64,000 bases of DNA from an uncultured bacterium. GTDB taxonomy: Bacteria; Krumholzibacteriota; Krumholzibacteriia; LZORAL124-64-63. This document shows positions 8,420 through 20,300 of this stretch, piece by piece. Every line of letters starts with the position of its first letter. Within the stretch, counting starts at the first letter, position 1. The notes below the pieces were generated by a model. It was not told where the DNA came from, made no database searches, and saw only the letters and a list, made by a program, of their open reading frames with translations. The stretch is taken from positions 1,472,001 through 1,536,000 of the forward strand of contig CAVSZB010000007.1 in assembly GCA_963732385.1 (NCBI GenBank), written 5' to 3'. The position numbers and the translations under genes were made by a program.

Positions 8420-11374
8420 ATGACCCGATTCCTGCGATTCCCCGTTCTGCGTATGCCCAGGCTGGTGCCCCGGCTTCGGCCGGCCGCCATCCGCGTTGTC
8501 GTCGTCTGCGGGGCCTGCATTGCCTGTCTCCTTGCCGCCGTCCCGCTGTCGGCGGGACCCTCGGGCGACCGCGCCCTGCCACCCGCCACCGTGATCGCCC
8601 TGCAGACCGCCGCCCCGACCGGACGCCTCGTGCTGAAGCTGCGCGCCGATTCCGGCCTGATCTCGGGCGACGCTGGACCGGTGGCGCGGACCGCCACCTT
8701 GCCTGCCCCGGGTGCCGCCGCCCCGCTCAACGGGGCACTCGACCGGCTCGGGGCGCTGGTGGCGCGGACCTGTCCCGGCGCGCGCTGGCAGCGGCATTTC
8801 TCCCTGCCGCCCGCAGCCCTCGACGCGCTGCGCGCCCGCGCGCAGAGCCGGGCAACCCTGCCCGACCTGAACCTCTGGGCGCGGCTCGACCCTCCGCAGC
8901 CGACCCCCGACCGTGCGGCCCTGCTGGCGATGGTGAAAGCGCTGCTGGCCGACCCCGCCGTGGAAACGGCATTTCTCGAGCCGGCCGTGGTGCCGGCGGC
9001 GCTCGGCTTCGACGCCTTCACCGGCCGGTTCACGCCACCCACGCCCGCGCCCGCGCCCGGCTTTGCCGAGTCCGGCCCGACGACGGCCGCGCGCGCGCCG
9101 GCCGACACGCCCGACCTCACCAACGGCCAGGGGTACCTTGCCGACGCGCCGCTCGGCGTCGGCGCCCTCGCGGTAGCCGGACTGCCCGCCGCGCGCGGCG
9201 CCGGCGTGACCCTGATCGACATCGAGGGAGCGTGGCTCTGGACTCATGAGGATCTTACGGCGCCAATAGCCACGTTCGGCACGCCGTTCGACGAGCTGTC
9301 GTGGCGCAACCACGGCACGGCGGTGCTCGGCGAGCTGCGCGGGTCGGACAACGGTTTCGGCGTGCGCGGCATCGCGCCAGACTGCGCGATCGGCGCCGCC
9401 TCGGTGCGCGATCTCTCCGTGCCCGATGCCCTCGCGCAGGCGGCCGGGCAACTCGCCCCCGGCGATATCATCCTCATCGAGTTGCAGGCCCCCGGTCCGT
9501 TCTCCAACGGCGCCGGCCAGTACGGCTACCTCCCGCTCGAATTCTGGCAGGACATCTTCGAGGCGATCCGACTTGTGACCGCCACCGGCATCATCGTCTG
9601 CGAAGCGGCCGGCAACGGGCAGCAGGATCTCGACGACCCGCGCTACGCCGGCCTGTTCGACCGTACACGGCGCGATTCCGGCGCCATCATGTGCGGCGCC
9701 GGCGACGGCAGCACCGCCTGGCCTGCGTGGTTCTCGAACAGCGGGAGCCGCCTCGACCTGCGCGGCTGGGGCTCGGCCGTGATCACCTGCGGCTACGGCG
9801 CCCTGCAGGGGGGGCCGCTGCCGGAAACCGCCTGGTACACGAACGACTTCAACGGCACTTCGAGCGCCACCCCGATGGTGGCCGGCGCGGTGGCGGCACT
9901 GCAGGGCATGGCGCGGGCAGCCTGGGGCTTTTCCCTCGACGCCCCGCTGGCGCGCCACCTCCTGAGCACAACCGGCACGCCGCAACTGGAGGGGAAGCGG
10001 ATCGGCGTCCTGCCAGACCTCGTCGCCGCCCGCGCCGCGGCGCTCGCCGGGCTGGGCCGCGTGGCAGGAACCGTCACCGACGCCGACTCCGGCGCCCCGC
10101 TCGAAACGGTCGAAGTGCGGGTGTTGGAGACAGGTGGGTCCTATCTCTCCGACGCCACGGGCGGCTACGCCTTTCCGCTCACCGTCGGCAGCTACACGCT
10201 CAGCTTCGCCGACTTCTTCCACGCCACGACCACGCGCACGATCGCGATCACCACCGGTGACCCGCTCGCGGCGCACTTCGCGCTCCCGCGCCTGCCGACC
10301 GTCACGCTCTTTGGGCGGATCTACGGCGCCTCCGGCGAATCGCTCGGCGGCGCCCGGGTCACGCCGCTGTCCGTGCCGCTCGCCTCCGGCACCGCCGGTG
10401 ACGACGGCCGCTTCGCGCTGCCCGGCGTCCCCGTGGACCGTTCGTACACGCTGCTGTTCGACGGCCATCCGGGGCACGGCGCCGCGGTGCGCGAGCTGAC
10501 CCTCCTGCCCGGCGCCTCCGGATCGGTGGGGCTCTTCGCGGAGTTGCCGCCAGCCGACATCACCTTCGACGCCGACGACGGCGGCTTCGTCCCGCTGTCC
10601 CCGCTCTGGAGCTGGGGCGAGCCGGCCCGCGAGATCGGTCCCCGGGGCGGCTTCGACGGCGGGCACTGCTGGGGGATCGGCATGCTGGCCGACTACCCGG
10701 ACTTGCAGTGGTCGACCCTGACCAGTCCGCCCCGCAATTTTTCCACCGCCCCCGCCCTGCTGCTGAGCCTGCACTACTGGAGCGAGACCGAGACCGGATT
10801 CGACGGGGTGAAACTGCAGGCCACGCGCGACTCGCTCTGGTCCAACGTTTCGCCGCTCAACCCCTACACCGACCGGACGCTGGCCGGCCTCGCCTACCGT
10901 CCCGGCTGGTCGGGTCACAGCGACGGCTGGCGCGGCGCCGTCTTCGACCTGACCGCATTCCGCAGCCCGACCTTCCGTTTCCGGCTCGCCTTCGGCTCGG
11001 ACGCCAGCATCACCGGCGGCGGCTTCTGGATCGACGATGTCACTTTCGACCTCGGGACCGCCACCCCCGACCCGTACTCCGGCTGGCCGCCGCCGCGGCC
11101 CGGACCGCAGTTGCGCGCCTGGCCCAGCCCGTTCAACCCGGCCGCGACCATCGCGTGGCGGAGCGCCGTCCCCGGACCGCTGCGCGTCACGGTCTACGAT
11201 CTGCGGGGCCGTGCCGTCCGCACGCTGTGGGACGGGCCGGCCGCCGCGGCGGGGACGCTCACCTGGGACGGAACGGACGACGCCGCCCGCCAGGCGGCGA
11301 GCGGCGTCTATCTGGTCCGGCTGCGCGACGTGCGGGGCGACGGCGCCATCGTGCGCCTCGTCCTGGCGCGCTAG
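8420..11374 (+). CDS. Secreted S8 subtilase with carboxypeptidase-regulatory-like beta domains and C-terminal FlgD-Ig domain
   Basis: Triad 'IDIE', 'HGTAVLG', 'GTSSATP'; oxyanion 'AAGNG'; C-terminal 'PSPFNP...VYDLRGR...WDGTD...SGVYLVRL'. Confidence 0.88.
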   Translation: MTRFLRFPVLRMPRLVPRLRPAAIRVVVVCGACIACLLAAVPLSAGPSGDRALPPATVIALQTAAPTGRLVLKLRADSGLISGDAGPVARTATLPAPGAAAPLNGALDRLGALVARTCPGARWQRHFSLPPAALDALRARAQSRATLPDLNLWARLDPPQPTPDRAALLAMVKALLADPAVETAFLEPAVVPAALGFDAFTGRFTPPTPAPAPGFAESGPTTAARAPADTPDLTNGQGYLADAPLGVGALAVAGLPAARGAGVTLIDIEGAWLWTHEDLTAPIATFGTPFDELSWRNHGTAVLGELRGSDNGFGVRGIAPDCAIGAASVRDLSVPDALAQAAGQLAPGDIILIELQAPGPFSNGAGQYGYLPLEFWQDIFEAIRLVTATGIIVCEAAGNGQQDLDDPRYAGLFDRTRRDSGAIMCGAGDGSTAWPAWFSNSGSRLDLRGWGSAVITCGYGALQGGPLPETAWYTNDFNGTSSATPMVAGAVAALQGMARAAWGFSLDAPLARHLLSTTGTPQLEGKRIGVLPDLVAARAAALAGLGRVAGTVTDADSGAPLETVEVRVLETGGSYLSDATGGYAFPLTVGSYTLSFADFFHATTTRTIAITTGDPLAAHFALPRLPTVTLFGRIYGASGESLGGARVTPLSVPLASGTAGDDGRFALPGVPVDRSYTLLFDGHPGHGAAVRELTLLPGASGSVGLFAELPPADITFDADDGGFVPLSPLWSWGEPAREIGPRGGFDGGHCWGIGMLADYPDLQWSTLTSPPRNFSTAPALLLSLHYWSETETGFDGVKLQATRDSLWSNVSPLNPYTDRTLAGLAYRPGWSGHSDGWRGAVFDLTAFRSPTFRFRLAFGSDASITGGGFWIDDVTFDLGTATPDPYSGWPPPRPGPQLRAWPSPFNPAATIAWRSAVPGPLRVTVYDLRGRAVRTLWDGPAAAAGTLTWDGTDDAARQAASGVYLVRLRDVRGDGAIVRLVLAR

Positions 11375-11375
11375 G

Positions 11376-12734
11376 TCAATCCTCGCCCGCAGCCAGCGGC
11401 CGCAGCACGTACGACCGGACCTGCCCGTCGGGCGTGTGCAGCACCAGCGGGATTGGCAGCGACCCGCCCAGCGCCGCCCGGATCGGCCGCAGGTCGAACA
11501 TCAGATCCTGCGTGAACCAGGCCTGGCACATCTCACCCAGTCCGTCGTGCTTCAGGATCAGGTGCGCGACCGGCAGCGGGGACATCTCCGGCCCCTGCTG
11601 CCAGTAGAGCTGGAACGGGTGGTCCGCCTGGCAGCCGCTGAATCCGACCGCAAGACGCATGACGATGCCGGTCACCCCCGACTCCCCGAGCATATAAGGA
11701 TCACCGGGCAGCGAGTCGAATGGCGCCGTCGTGTGCAGGACCGGCGGGAGACTGTCGTCTTCGGCAACCAGGAAGACGCCGAAATGCGCGTCGCGGAAGC
11801 TGATCGGACGTCCGTCCGGCCCCGGCGTCAGCAACACCGTGAGCGGATTGGGCGTCGTGAAAATCGGCTCCGGCCGGTCCTCCGGATCGTCGGTCCCGTC
11901 GTCGCCATCATCACAGTCTTCATGATCCTCGAGCACCGGATCTGTGGTCGGCCGGCCGAACGGCCAATACTGCAGCGTGTAGAGCCCGGCCTGCCAGACC
12001 GGCAGCGTGTAGCGCCCCTCATGGTCCGGCCGGACCGCCAGCGCAAAGCCGTCCGGACCGGTCGCGCCGATGATCCCGTGGGGAATCGGCAACTCGTCGG
12101 GCTGGAGCAGGCCGTCCTGGTTCGCGTCCAGGAAACAGCGGCCCGCGACGACCGGCAGGCCCGGCACCAGGCCGAACTCGGCGCGCGCGCCGAACGCGAA
12201 GCCGGTCAGACCGGGCACGTGGAAGCGCCAGGTCCGCGAATCCGAAGTCTCGCCCGCCGCCAGCACCGGATCGCCCCCGAGGAGTTGTGTGTAGTCGAAA
12301 CCGTACCGCTCGCGCGGCGGCGGCGGCAGGGTGGCGCTGGTATCGGGCAGGCCCGGCACGACATCGGCGTTGAGCACCGTCACGCCGTCCGGACGCAGGC
12401 CGTACAGCCAGACCATCGCCGGGGCGAAGAGCGGCTGCTCGCCGGCGTTGCGGATCGCCACGTCGAGGGAGACCACCTCGGCGGCCACGTCCACCTGCAG
12501 GTTGCTGCCGATCAGTTCCAAGCGGATCGGCGCCCGGTCGGGCAGCGTCTGGTCGAGCTCCTGGAGCACGAACGTGCCCTCTCCAGGGTCCAGGTCGCCC
12601 GAGAGCAGTGCAACGCCCTGATCATCGGCCGGGGCGCCCGGTCCCGCGTTGTCGGAGCAGCCGGCCAGCGCCAGGGCAAACAGCCCCAGACCGAGCGCGA
12701 GCCCGCGCCGCGTGGGCAGAGGAAGCGACGACAT
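11376..12734 (-). CDS. Hypothetical lipoprotein with SdrD-B-like beta domain
   Basis: ATG at 12734 after AGGAGG; lipobox LALAGC; 'GRCFLDANQDG'; acidic loop; cysteines in C-terminal domain. Confidence 0.6.
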   Translation of the reverse strand: MSSLPLPTRRGLALGLGLFALALAGCSDNAGPGAPADDQGVALLSGDLDPGEGTFVLQELDQTLPDRAPIRLELIGSNLQVDVAAEVVSLDVAIRNAGEQPLFAPAMVWLYGLRPDGVTVLNADVVPGLPDTSATLPPPPRERYGFDYTQLLGGDPVLAAGETSDSRTWRFHVPGLTGFAFGARAEFGLVPGLPVVAGRCFLDANQDGLLQPDELPIPHGIIGATGPDGFALAVRPDHEGRYTLPVWQAGLYTLQYWPFGRPTTDPVLEDHEDCDDGDDGTDDPEDRPEPIFTTPNPLTVLLTPGPDGRPISFRDAHFGVFLVAEDDSLPPVLHTTAPFDSLPGDPYMLGESGVTGIVMRLAVGFSGCQADHPFQLYWQQGPEMSPLPVAHLILKHDGLGEMCQAWFTQDLMFDLRPIRAALGGSLPIPLVLHTPDGQVRSYVLRPLAAGED

Positions 12735-12993
12735 GACAAGAACCTCCTGTGCAGGAGCCAGCCGGAAGGGGCCATTCTCAGGGGGTAACGGACATCGCCC
12801 GGCCGTGGGGTCCCCGTGTGATCGAAAATACCACAATTCGGGTCCTGGCGGCGGAATATCCTCACCCCGCCACGCCACCGCGGCCACCCCGACCGACCGT
12901 TTGCGCCTGCACCCTCGCACCGTCGCGCGAGATGCCCTATCTTTCAGCCCGATCCTGGGCTGCTCCTATCTCCCCCGTCCGGAGGTGTGCTCC

Positions 12994-15075
<2,082 letters not shown>

Positions 15076-15122
15076 CGCTTCGTTCCACGCCTTACCGCAA
15101 GTCTGCCAGAAGGAGAACGTTC

Positions 15123-17972
15123 ATGACGAACCCAACCAACCGCAGGCCGGGCCCCACGCCGCGTTTCGCCACCCTGGCGACGCCGGCGCTGCTGGCCGTT
15201 CTGCTCGCCGCCGCGTGGGCGCTGCCCGCCACCGCGGCGAAGGAGGCCCAGGCTCCCGTGGTCGATCTGAAATTCGAGAAATACACCCTCCCCAACGGGC
15301 TCGACGTCATCCTGCGCCGCGATACGCGGCTGCCGCTGGTGGCCGTGAACATCTGGTATCACGTCGGACCCGCCAACGAGGAGGCCGGCCGCACCGGCTT
15401 CGCGCACCTCTTCGAGCACATGATGTTCCAGGCCTCCGGTCACGTGCCGGAGGATCACTACTTTTCCATCCTCGAAGGAGCCGGCTCCTCGTTCATCAAC
15501 GGCTCGACCGACTTCGACCGCACGAACTACCTCGAAGACGTGCCTTCGAACCAGCTCGAGACCGCCCTGTGGCTCGAGAGCGACCGCATGGGCTTCCTGC
15601 TCGACCGGCTCGACGCGCAGATGCTGGCGCGCCAGCAGGAGGTCGTGCGCAACGAACGGCGCCAGGGGGTGGAGAACCAGCCGTACGGCCTGGTCGATGA
15701 GGCGCTGTACCACCTCCTCTTCCCCGCGGGTCACCCGTACTATGCGAACGTGATCGGCTCGCACGACGACATCCAGGCGGCCACGCCCGAGGACGTGCGC
15801 GAGTTCTTCCGCCGCTACTACGCCCCGAACAACGCCAGCCTCGTCATCGTCGGCGACATCGATGTGGCGCAAACGAAAGCGCTGGTGGAGAAGTATTTCG
15901 CCACGATCGCGCGCGGCCGGCCGGTGCCGCCGATCACGGCGGTCACCCCGCCCATCACGAGCGAGCGCCGACAGATCGTCACCGACAAGGTCGAGCTGCC
16001 GCGCGTCTACCTGGCCTGGCTGACGGCGCCCTTCTACAAGCCGGGCGACGCCGAGGCCGACGTCGCCTCGCGCATCCTCGCCGGCGGCAAGGCAAGCCGT
16101 CTCTACAAGAGCCTCGTCTACGAACAGAAGATCGCGCAAAGCGTGAGCGCGCGGCAGCAGTCGCTGGCGCTCGGCTCCATCTTCCAGATCACCGCCACCG
16201 CCAAGCCGGGCCACACCGCCGAGGAGATCGAGCGCGCCATCGACGTGGAGCTGGCGAAGCTGGCTGCCGAAGGACCGACCGCGGCCGAGATCACCGCGGC
16301 GCGCAACATGATCTGGACCGCCGCCGTCACCTCGCTCGAGAACTTCGGCGCCTTCAGCGGCGTGGCCGACCGTCTCAACCAGTACAACCACTACCTCGGC
16401 GATCCGGATCGGCTGAACTGGGACCTCGCCCGCTACGAAACCATCACCCCGGACGCGATCCGGGCGTTCGCCGCCAACGAGTTGCGGCGCGACCGGCGCG
16501 TCGTCGTTTACGGCGTGCCGGGCGAGCAGGTCGTGCCGCCCGGTCCGCCCGCCCCCGCCTCCCCGCCGCCGCCCACCGAGCCGGTCGTCTCGGCCGAGCC
16601 GTGGCGCGACACCCAGCCGGTGCCGGGACCGGCGTCGCTGGCCCCGCTGCCGGCGGCGAAGCGCTTCACGCTCGCCAACGGCCTGCCGGTCTACCTGGTC
16701 GAGGCCCACGACCTGCCGGTCGTGGCGGCGCACCTGGTCGTGCGCGCCGGCAGCGCCGCCGACCCTGCCGGACGCAGCGGGCTGGCCGGCTTCGCCGCCG
16801 CCATGCTTGACGAGGGGGCCGGCGGGCGCGATGCGCTCGGCATCTCCCGCGAACTCGAGGCCAACGGCGCCAGCCTCTTCACGAACGGCGCCGCCGACGG
16901 CAGCTACGTCTCGGGCGTCTCCCTGCAGCAGAACGCCGGCGCGTTGATGGATATCATGTCCGACGTCGTGCTGCGCCCCACCTTCCCGGTCGGCGAGGTC
17001 GATCGCGTGCGCAACGACCGCCTGACCACGCTGCTGCAGCAGCGCGACAACCCGTTCCAGATCGCCATCCGCGTCCTGCCGCTGTTGGCCTACGGAGAAA
17101 AACATCCGTACGGCCACTCCTCGCTGGGCGACGAGACTTCGATCAAGGCGATCTCCCGCGATGATCTCGAGTCGTTCTACCGCGGCACCTTTGCCCCGGC
17201 CAACGCCGCGCTCGTCTTCGCGGGCGATCTTACAGTGGTTCAGGCTCGCGCGCTGGCGGAGAAAGCGTTCGGCGCCTGGAGCGGCCGGGCCGCCGCCGTC
17301 GTGCGTCCGGGGGCGCCTTCGCCGCTGCCGCAGCGGCTCGCGCTCGTGGACAAGCCGGGCGCCACGCAGACGGCCGTCCTCTTCGGCCAGGTCACGATCC
17401 CACGCGACGATCCCGACTTCGAATCGATCTACGTCATGAACATGGTCCTCGGCTCGCTCTTCTCGAGCCGTCTCAACATGAACCTGCGCGAGGACAAGGG
17501 GATCACCTACGGCGCGTTCTCGACGCAGCTGGAGCGGCGCGGCGCGGCCCCCCTGTTCGGCGGCGCCATGGTTCAGGCCGACAAGACCGGCCTCGCCGTA
17601 AGCGAATCTTTCAAAGAGCTGCGCGGCATGCTCGCCGCGGAGATGACCCCGCAGGAGCTGACCCTCGCGCGCGACGCCATCGTCCGCGCCCTGCCGGCCT
17701 CCTTCGAGACGACGGCCAGCACGGTCGGTTCGATCGGCAACCTGTTCCTGTACGACCAGCCGCCCGACTATTTCCAGACGCTGCCGGCGCGACTGGCGAA
17801 GCTGAGCGCCGCCGAGATCCTGGCAGCCACGCGACGCCACCTCGATCCGGCACTGATGCGCGTGGTGCTGGTGGGCGACCGCAGTGTCATCGAGCCGCAG
17901 CTCGGCGACCTCGATCTCGGCGCGCCGGCGGTGTTCGACGCCGACGGCAAGCCGCTCGACGGCGGGCGTTGA
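15123..17972 (+). CDS. M16 (pitrilysin/insulinase family) zinc peptidase, secreted
   Basis: ATG after AGGAG; inverted zinc motif 'HLFEH'; duplicated M16 halves; 'NLREDKGITYG'. Confidence 0.92.
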   Translation: MTNPTNRRPGPTPRFATLATPALLAVLLAAAWALPATAAKEAQAPVVDLKFEKYTLPNGLDVILRRDTRLPLVAVNIWYHVGPANEEAGRTGFAHLFEHMMFQASGHVPEDHYFSILEGAGSSFINGSTDFDRTNYLEDVPSNQLETALWLESDRMGFLLDRLDAQMLARQQEVVRNERRQGVENQPYGLVDEALYHLLFPAGHPYYANVIGSHDDIQAATPEDVREFFRRYYAPNNASLVIVGDIDVAQTKALVEKYFATIARGRPVPPITAVTPPITSERRQIVTDKVELPRVYLAWLTAPFYKPGDAEADVASRILAGGKASRLYKSLVYEQKIAQSVSARQQSLALGSIFQITATAKPGHTAEEIERAIDVELAKLAAEGPTAAEITAARNMIWTAAVTSLENFGAFSGVADRLNQYNHYLGDPDRLNWDLARYETITPDAIRAFAANELRRDRRVVVYGVPGEQVVPPGPPAPASPPPPTEPVVSAEPWRDTQPVPGPASLAPLPAAKRFTLANGLPVYLVEAHDLPVVAAHLVVRAGSAADPAGRSGLAGFAAAMLDEGAGGRDALGISRELEANGASLFTNGAADGSYVSGVSLQQNAGALMDIMSDVVLRPTFPVGEVDRVRNDRLTTLLQQRDNPFQIAIRVLPLLAYGEKHPYGHSSLGDETSIKAISRDDLESFYRGTFAPANAALVFAGDLTVVQARALAEKAFGAWSGRAAAVVRPGAPSPLPQRLALVDKPGATQTAVLFGQVTIPRDDPDFESIYVMNMVLGSLFSSRLNMNLREDKGITYGAFSTQLERRGAAPLFGGAMVQADKTGLAVSESFKELRGMLAAEMTPQELTLARDAIVRALPASFETTASTVGSIGNLFLYDQPPDYFQTLPARLAKLSAAEILAATRRHLDPALMRVVLVGDRSVIEPQLGDLDLGAPAVFDADGKPLDGGR

Positions 17973-17992
17973 CGCCCATCACGACGGTGCAC

Positions 17993-18030
17993 GGGCGCCC
18001 GGGGGCTCGGCCTCCGGGCGCCCCCGTTTT
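17993..18030 (+). terminator. Probable intrinsic terminator after the S9/M16 operon
   Basis: GGGCGCCCGGGGGC-TCG-GCCTCCGGGCGCCC stem followed by CCGTTTT. Confidence 0.6.
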
Positions 18031-18097
18031 CGTGCGCAGGGGAACTGTTCCCCGCGCGTTGGGTTAGAATCATCTTCCCCCCCATGGAAGGAGCACC

Positions 18098-18934
18098 ATG
18101 CTAATCCGCGCTACATCGCGGGCCGCGGACCCACGCGCCGTTTGTATCGTTATGGTAGCAACCCTGCTGATCGGCGGCGTGGCCTGCGCCCAGCCCCCCC
18201 GCCCCGCGCCCCCACCCGTGGTCCGGATCAGCCCCCCCCCGCCCCCGGACCCCGGCGCCACCGACTCTCTCTCCCAACCCGACTTCTCCGGAGTCTGGGT
18301 CCTGAACGCGAAGGAGAGCGATGACCCCCGGCCGATCTTCGAGACTTTGATGCCGACCAAGAAGCCTGACGCCGGCAAGGGGCGGAGACCGGGCGCTCGC
18401 CCCGGCGTCGGCGTCCGCGGCAGCAGCAGCGGCGGCCCCGGCATGGGCGGTGGCGGCATGGGTGGTGGCGGCATGGGCGGCGGCGCCGGCCTCGGCGACG
18501 ATCTGAGCGACGGCGACGAGGGAAACACCCGCGAGCGCCCAAACGCCGAAGCCAGGTTCGGCGGCGACGGCCCCGACCCGGCCGCCGCGAGGGCGCGCCA
18601 GGCTTTCGCCACCCGGATGGTCGCCGCATGGCAGCGGCTCCTCATCGCGCAGTCGGGCCCGGAGGTCGAAATCATTGACGGGAGCGAACAGCGGCTCATC
18701 CACGTCCTGGACGGCCAGCGACGCGATCGTCGTTCCACCCGCGCCAACCTGCTCGAAACCGCGCGCTGGGAAGGCGAAACGATGGTGATCACTCTGGAGC
18801 AGGAAGGCCGTCCCGGCATGACCCAGGTCTACCGGCTCGTGCCGGAAGAGAAGCGGCTATACGTGACGCTGCGCATCCCGACGCGCGGCCCGGGCGGCGA
18901 GAAGGTGATCAGGCTGGTTTACGAGTCGGCGTGA
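18098..18934 (+). CDS. Hypothetical exported protein with Gly/Met-rich linker
   Basis: RBS AAGGAG; signal peptide; 'PDFSGVWVLNAKESDD' start of a beta domain; GMGGG repeats. Confidence 0.65.
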   Translation: MLIRATSRAADPRAVCIVMVATLLIGGVACAQPPRPAPPPVVRISPPPPPDPGATDSLSQPDFSGVWVLNAKESDDPRPIFETLMPTKKPDAGKGRRPGARPGVGVRGSSSGGPGMGGGGMGGGGMGGGAGLGDDLSDGDEGNTRERPNAEARFGGDGPDPAAARARQAFATRMVAAWQRLLIAQSGPEVEIIDGSEQRLIHVLDGQRRDRRSTRANLLETARWEGETMVITLEQEGRPGMTQVYRLVPEEKRLYVTLRIPTRGPGGEKVIRLVYESA

Positions 18935-19003
18935 GGGTATGAGGAGGAGGAGGCAGAAGACGCGCGGGACCGGACGCCAGCGGTCAATCTGGATCGATCC
19001 GTT

Positions 19004-19243
19004 TCATTTCTTTACGTGCCCGCGAGTCACCCGGAAGAACGCCAGAATGGTCATTCCCATCGCCACGAGGAACGGCCAATGCCTGGCGAACACAAAGGCT
19101 TCCCTGCCCCAGTTGCCGGTCAGTCTCAGGATCAGCAACATCGCGCCCACGAAAACGACGATCGTGACCCACCCCTCCCATGAGATGGGCAGCCACGAGT
19201 TGTAGCTCAACCTTCGGAACCAGTATTTCATCTCTTTTTCCAC
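19004..19243 (-). CDS. Small hypothetical membrane protein
   Basis: 79 aa, two hydrophobic helices, 'KYWF...WLPISWEGW' motif; locally lower GC. Confidence 0.55.
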   Translation of the reverse strand: MEKEMKYWFRRLSYNSWLPISWEGWVTIVVFVGAMLLILRLTGNWGREAFVFARHWPFLVAMGMTILAFFRVTRGHVKK

Positions 19244-19258
19244 AAGGCCTTCCCGATC

Positions 19259-19836
19259 CTAGAAGCGCAGGGTCGCGCAGAGCCTGCTCTCGCCGCCCGG
19301 GCCATGGTCGAGACCGAGTTGGATCCGGTCGGACGGGATCGACTGCCACTTCGTCCCCGGCGCAACCAGCGCGCCGACGAGCGCTCCCACGGGGACCAGC
19401 GCCACGGTCAGGATGATGACTGCAGCCCGGTCAGAGAAGAACTGCCATTCATCCGTGTCATCGCTGAAGTCGTCATCGAAAGCCAGCGAGATCAGAAGAC
19501 CGGTCGCCAGCACCGCGCCGCCACCGATCAGCGCTCCCGGTTGCGGCGACCCTGCTGAACATTCAACTCCAGGCCGGAAACGTTCTGCAGCGGCAGCACC
19601 ACCGGAGGCCGGTGGGCCGAAGTTTCCAGCGTGATGTCCGTCGCGGTGAGGTCGAGGAACTTCCCGGTGATCGATTTCGAGATGGTCAGGCCGTTGAATT
19701 CCGGCTCGCCGAGCGTGACGCGGACGCGCGCCCCCCGCTGCAGGATCGGCGCCTCTTGAGCTGACGCTCCCACGGTAGCGAACGTGAGCGCCAGAGACAC
19801 CGTGAGGATCGTCAGGAACGCACCGCCCCTGGGCAT
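19259..19836 (-). pseudogene. Exported protein with glycine-zipper-like helices, interrupted by a 1-nt frameshift
   Basis: Signal-peptide ORF from 19836 stops at 19528; the continuation 'GALIGGGAVLATG...GALVGALVAPGTKW...LRF' lies in another frame. Confidence 0.6.
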
Positions 19837-19898
19837 GTCGTACTCCCCTCGGCCTGACGACGCCGCGGGCCGCGGTGGCGATCCCTTCGCCCCGGATC

Positions 19899-20204
19899 CT
19901 ACGGGCAACCGTCCACGACATGCAAGCGCGTCATCTGCTGGAGTTGCACGAGCGCCTCTTCCTTCGTGGCCCCCTTGCCCTCCTCATAGACGTCGCCGCG
20001 CCTGGCCTGGGCGATCCAGGTGAGACCCCAGGTCACGGCCCAGCCTTCGTCGCGCATCGACTGCAGCGCCTGGTGGTAGCTGCCGCCGCATTCGCGGGCG
20101 AGGGTGACAATGGTCTGGAACGTGGTGCGCAGGACTTCGAGGTCCTCGGCAGTGGCAGGCATGCCGGCGGGCAGGCGGACCTGGATGGTGTTGTCGTCGG
20201 GCAT
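19899..20204 (-). CDS. Hypothetical protein downstream of the kbl-like gene
   Basis: RBS GGAGG; 101 aa with host-like codon usage. Confidence 0.65.
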   Translation of the reverse strand: MPDDNTIQVRLPAGMPATAEDLEVLRTTFQTIVTLARECGGSYHQALQSMRDEGWAVTWGLTWIAQARRGDVYEEGKGATKEEALVQLQQMTRLHVVDGCP

Positions 20205-20300
20205 CGGGGAGAGCCTCCGCGCTGGGGGTTGCGGGGGGACCGGGCGGGGGCGGGCCGCCGCGCGATCGGGCGCGCGGCGGCCCGGAAAACGGCCCGGGGC

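Noticed and set aside
18440..18486. 15-bp tandem repeat (GGCATGGGCGGTGGC-like)
   Set aside because: Encodes a GMGGG low-complexity linker; no spacers, not CRISPR
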